A DNA stretch of 64,000 bases from Marsupella aquatica (taxonomy: Eukaryota > Plantae > Marchantiophyta), in contig OZ316893.1 of the NCBI GenBank assembly GCA_973895155.1, positions 10,235,660 to 10,299,659 on the forward strand. Reading direction: 5' to 3'. Below are positions 61,830-64,000 of this stretch, piece after piece. How positions within the stretch are numbered: position 1 is the stretch's first letter; each line of letters begins with the position of its first letter. The notes beneath the pieces are model-generated. The model did no database searches, was not told the DNA's origin, and worked only from the letters and a program-made list of their open reading frames with translations. The translations under genes were made by a program, and so were the position numbers.

Positions 61830-63480
61830 CATGACTTCAATGACTATTGGGGTGCTATGGGTTTGGCTATGCCCTCACTTCTGTTCCTACTTGATCAGCT
61901 GGGTCCAGTCCAGTCCAGTCCAGTTGGAATTGTTCTTCTCAGGTCTTGTGGTGGATTTAAATGAATGACAGCCCCAATGGCAGCAAACACTGAAGACCCC
62001 TCTACTAGCTTGATGGGGTTCTTCCCTTCTTTTCCCCCCTTGATTTTGGGTCTCCTCTCCTTGGGATCCTATCTGAGGTTTGGAAGTGAAGAAAACCTGA
62101 CCTAAACTTGCCACCGGTCACTCAGGTTTCCTCACTCAGGTTTCCTCACTCACTGGTCACAGGGTTACAGGCTAGTAACCCTAGACCAAACTGTCATCAT
62201 AGTATATTTCATTTTGCCTTTTAGATCCATCCCTGGTTATTTCTGGTTTGATGTTTTTTTGTTTTTGTTTTTACAGTATGATACATAATTTCATGGGTAA
62301 TCAGAAGAAGAGAAGGCACATATTAAATAGCTACTTACTACGGTATGCATTGGGCTATGCTATGCTCTCCACTCTGCAACCAGTCCAGTCCAGTCCAGTC
62401 CAATCCAGTCCAGTCCTCCAGTTGCACAAACAAAACCTCTATTTCATGGGGTTCTTCCTTGGCTTGTTTGCTCCCCTTTATTTATGCCTTTTGGATCCAT
62501 CCCTGGTTCTCTCTGGCTTGGTGCTTTTTGTTTTTGGCAGTGTGATATGTAATTTCATGGGTGACAGAAGAAGAGAAATCAAGTATGAAATGACTACTTA
62601 CTAGTATACTCTGCACTGTGCTATGCTCTCCACTCTACTCCACTCCAGTCCCCCAGTTGCGCAAACAAACGCCTTTGTGAGGTTTGTCACTCCCTCCCGC
62701 ACCCCGCACCCCCCACCCCCCACCTTAGTTTTGCCTTTCAGGTCCATGGTTATCTCTGGTTAGTTGCTCTTTGTTTTTGGCAATATCATATATCATTCCA
62801 TCAGTAAGGCAGAAGAAGAGAACTCACTAACTAAATGACTATTGACTACCCAAAGCCTTGTGCTACGCTCTCCACTCCACTCCATCCACTAGGCTTTAAC
62901 TCAATCCAATCCATCCAGTCCACTCCTCCAGTGGCACAAACCCATGCACTACTGCCATTCCATTTTCCCCTTGTATTCTCCCCTTTATTTTGCCTTTCAG
63001 ATCCATCTCCGACTTAGCTTGTTGTTTTGTTTTTGGCAATGTTACACACCGTACTAATAAAACACAATGCCAAGTTACTTTCCATTTCACTCTAGACCAT
63101 AAACCCTCAATAAGGACAAAACTGGCAAGAGCAAAACTGAAAGTAAGGGTAGACAAACAACAAAGATTGGTGCAAAAATGAACGGGAAATAAGGGTAGAC
63201 AAACAACAAAGATGGGGCAAAAATGAACGGGAAATGATATATAAATTCTTTTATTTGCCAAATGGTTATTTTTTTTGTTTTTTGTCAGTCTCTATCATTT
63301 TATATTCAAGAAAGGGTAAATCAGGCTACTAATTTCCAAGTCCAAAGAAGAGAGCTCATATATTTGCCTGTAGCCTACGCGTTGTGCTGTGCTGTGCTGT
63401 GCTGTGCCCTCCACTCCAGTCCGATTCGATCCGATCCGCTCATCCCGTCCAATCCTCCAGTCGCACAGTCCCCTGTGCAG
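61830..63480 (+). repeat. Degenerate tandem array of 250-270-bp units, each carrying pentanucleotide microsatellites
   Basis: Recurring AAATGACTA...GCTATGCTCTCCACTC...(CCAGT)n...CCAGTTGCACAAAC...TTTGCCTTT(C/T)AGATCCAT...CAGAAGAAGAGAA at about 62320, 62585 and 62832, with partial units at about 61840 and 63345. Confidence 0.7.
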
Positions 63481-64000
63481 CAGGCAAAGTGTATGCTGCT
63501 GCTGCCGAACGGAGGAGAGGAGAGGAGAGGAGAGGAGAGGCTCTGCGATTCGAGCTCATAGAATAATGTAGTTGTCGCAACTCCGACGATCTGTGCTGCT
63601 TCTGCTTCTTCTGCTTCTTCTGCTTCTGCGCAATCGCACCCCATCATTCCGAGTTCTTGTTTTGTATGCATGTTGCGTGATCCGCTCCTCGAGAGGGAGA
63701 GATCAGAGATGGGGTGATACTGAATGAGGACGACGATCGAGTGATGTAAGGTCGCAGCGCTGGCAGGCTTTGGGATTACGCAGAGGTGTATAATAATGAT
63801 ATATAAGAGTAGTTATAACTCCGATCTCGTCCATGCTTCTGTAGCTGCTTCCGCGCAATCGGACTTCGGAGCTCTTGTCTTGTGTGCTTGCTAGAGTCGA
63901 GACAGCGCGAACGCGGTGGGGACCAGCGGAAGGAGGTCGAGGTCGAGGTCGAGGTCGAACTTTGAGTACGAGGCCGAGGGGGAGGAGGAAGAGGATTAGA

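Overview
Eukaryotic land-plant nuclear DNA with spliceosomal GT-AG introns and no prokaryotic features. Gene style suggests a seed-free plant such as a liverwort, but that is inference. Host genes: the 3' end of an aldo-keto reductase (1-141); a 15-exon TrmA/RlmD-type RNA m5U methyltransferase (9404-16448); an intronless TPR-like protein with a C-terminal HPD/J-like domain (28130-29512); a GT34 glycosyltransferase (40549-42350); and a 7-exon PGAP1-like alpha/beta hydrolase (49564-53109, minus). Mobile DNA: two full-length, decayed copies of one Ty1/copia family (1565-7978 and 18197-24776), the first inserted into the terminal inverted repeat (TIR) of a TA-flanked Tc1/mariner-type MITE; a solo LTR of another copia family (36696-37023); an apparently intact two-gene PIF/Harbinger transposon (54496-60329); Helitron-like fragments; and small MITEs. 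The most unusual signals: (i) both copia copies have an in-frame TGA between gag and pol; (ii) the same 5'-LTR versus 3'-LTR difference occurs in both independent insertions; (iii) a sharply bounded near-identical internal tract shares a nonsense mutation between the copies; (iv) a conserved LTR hairpin is shared between two LTR families; (v) complementary repeat arrays lie in the two convergent Harbinger genes; (vi) the TPR-J protein cannot be assigned to a family. All alignments and counts were done by eye.
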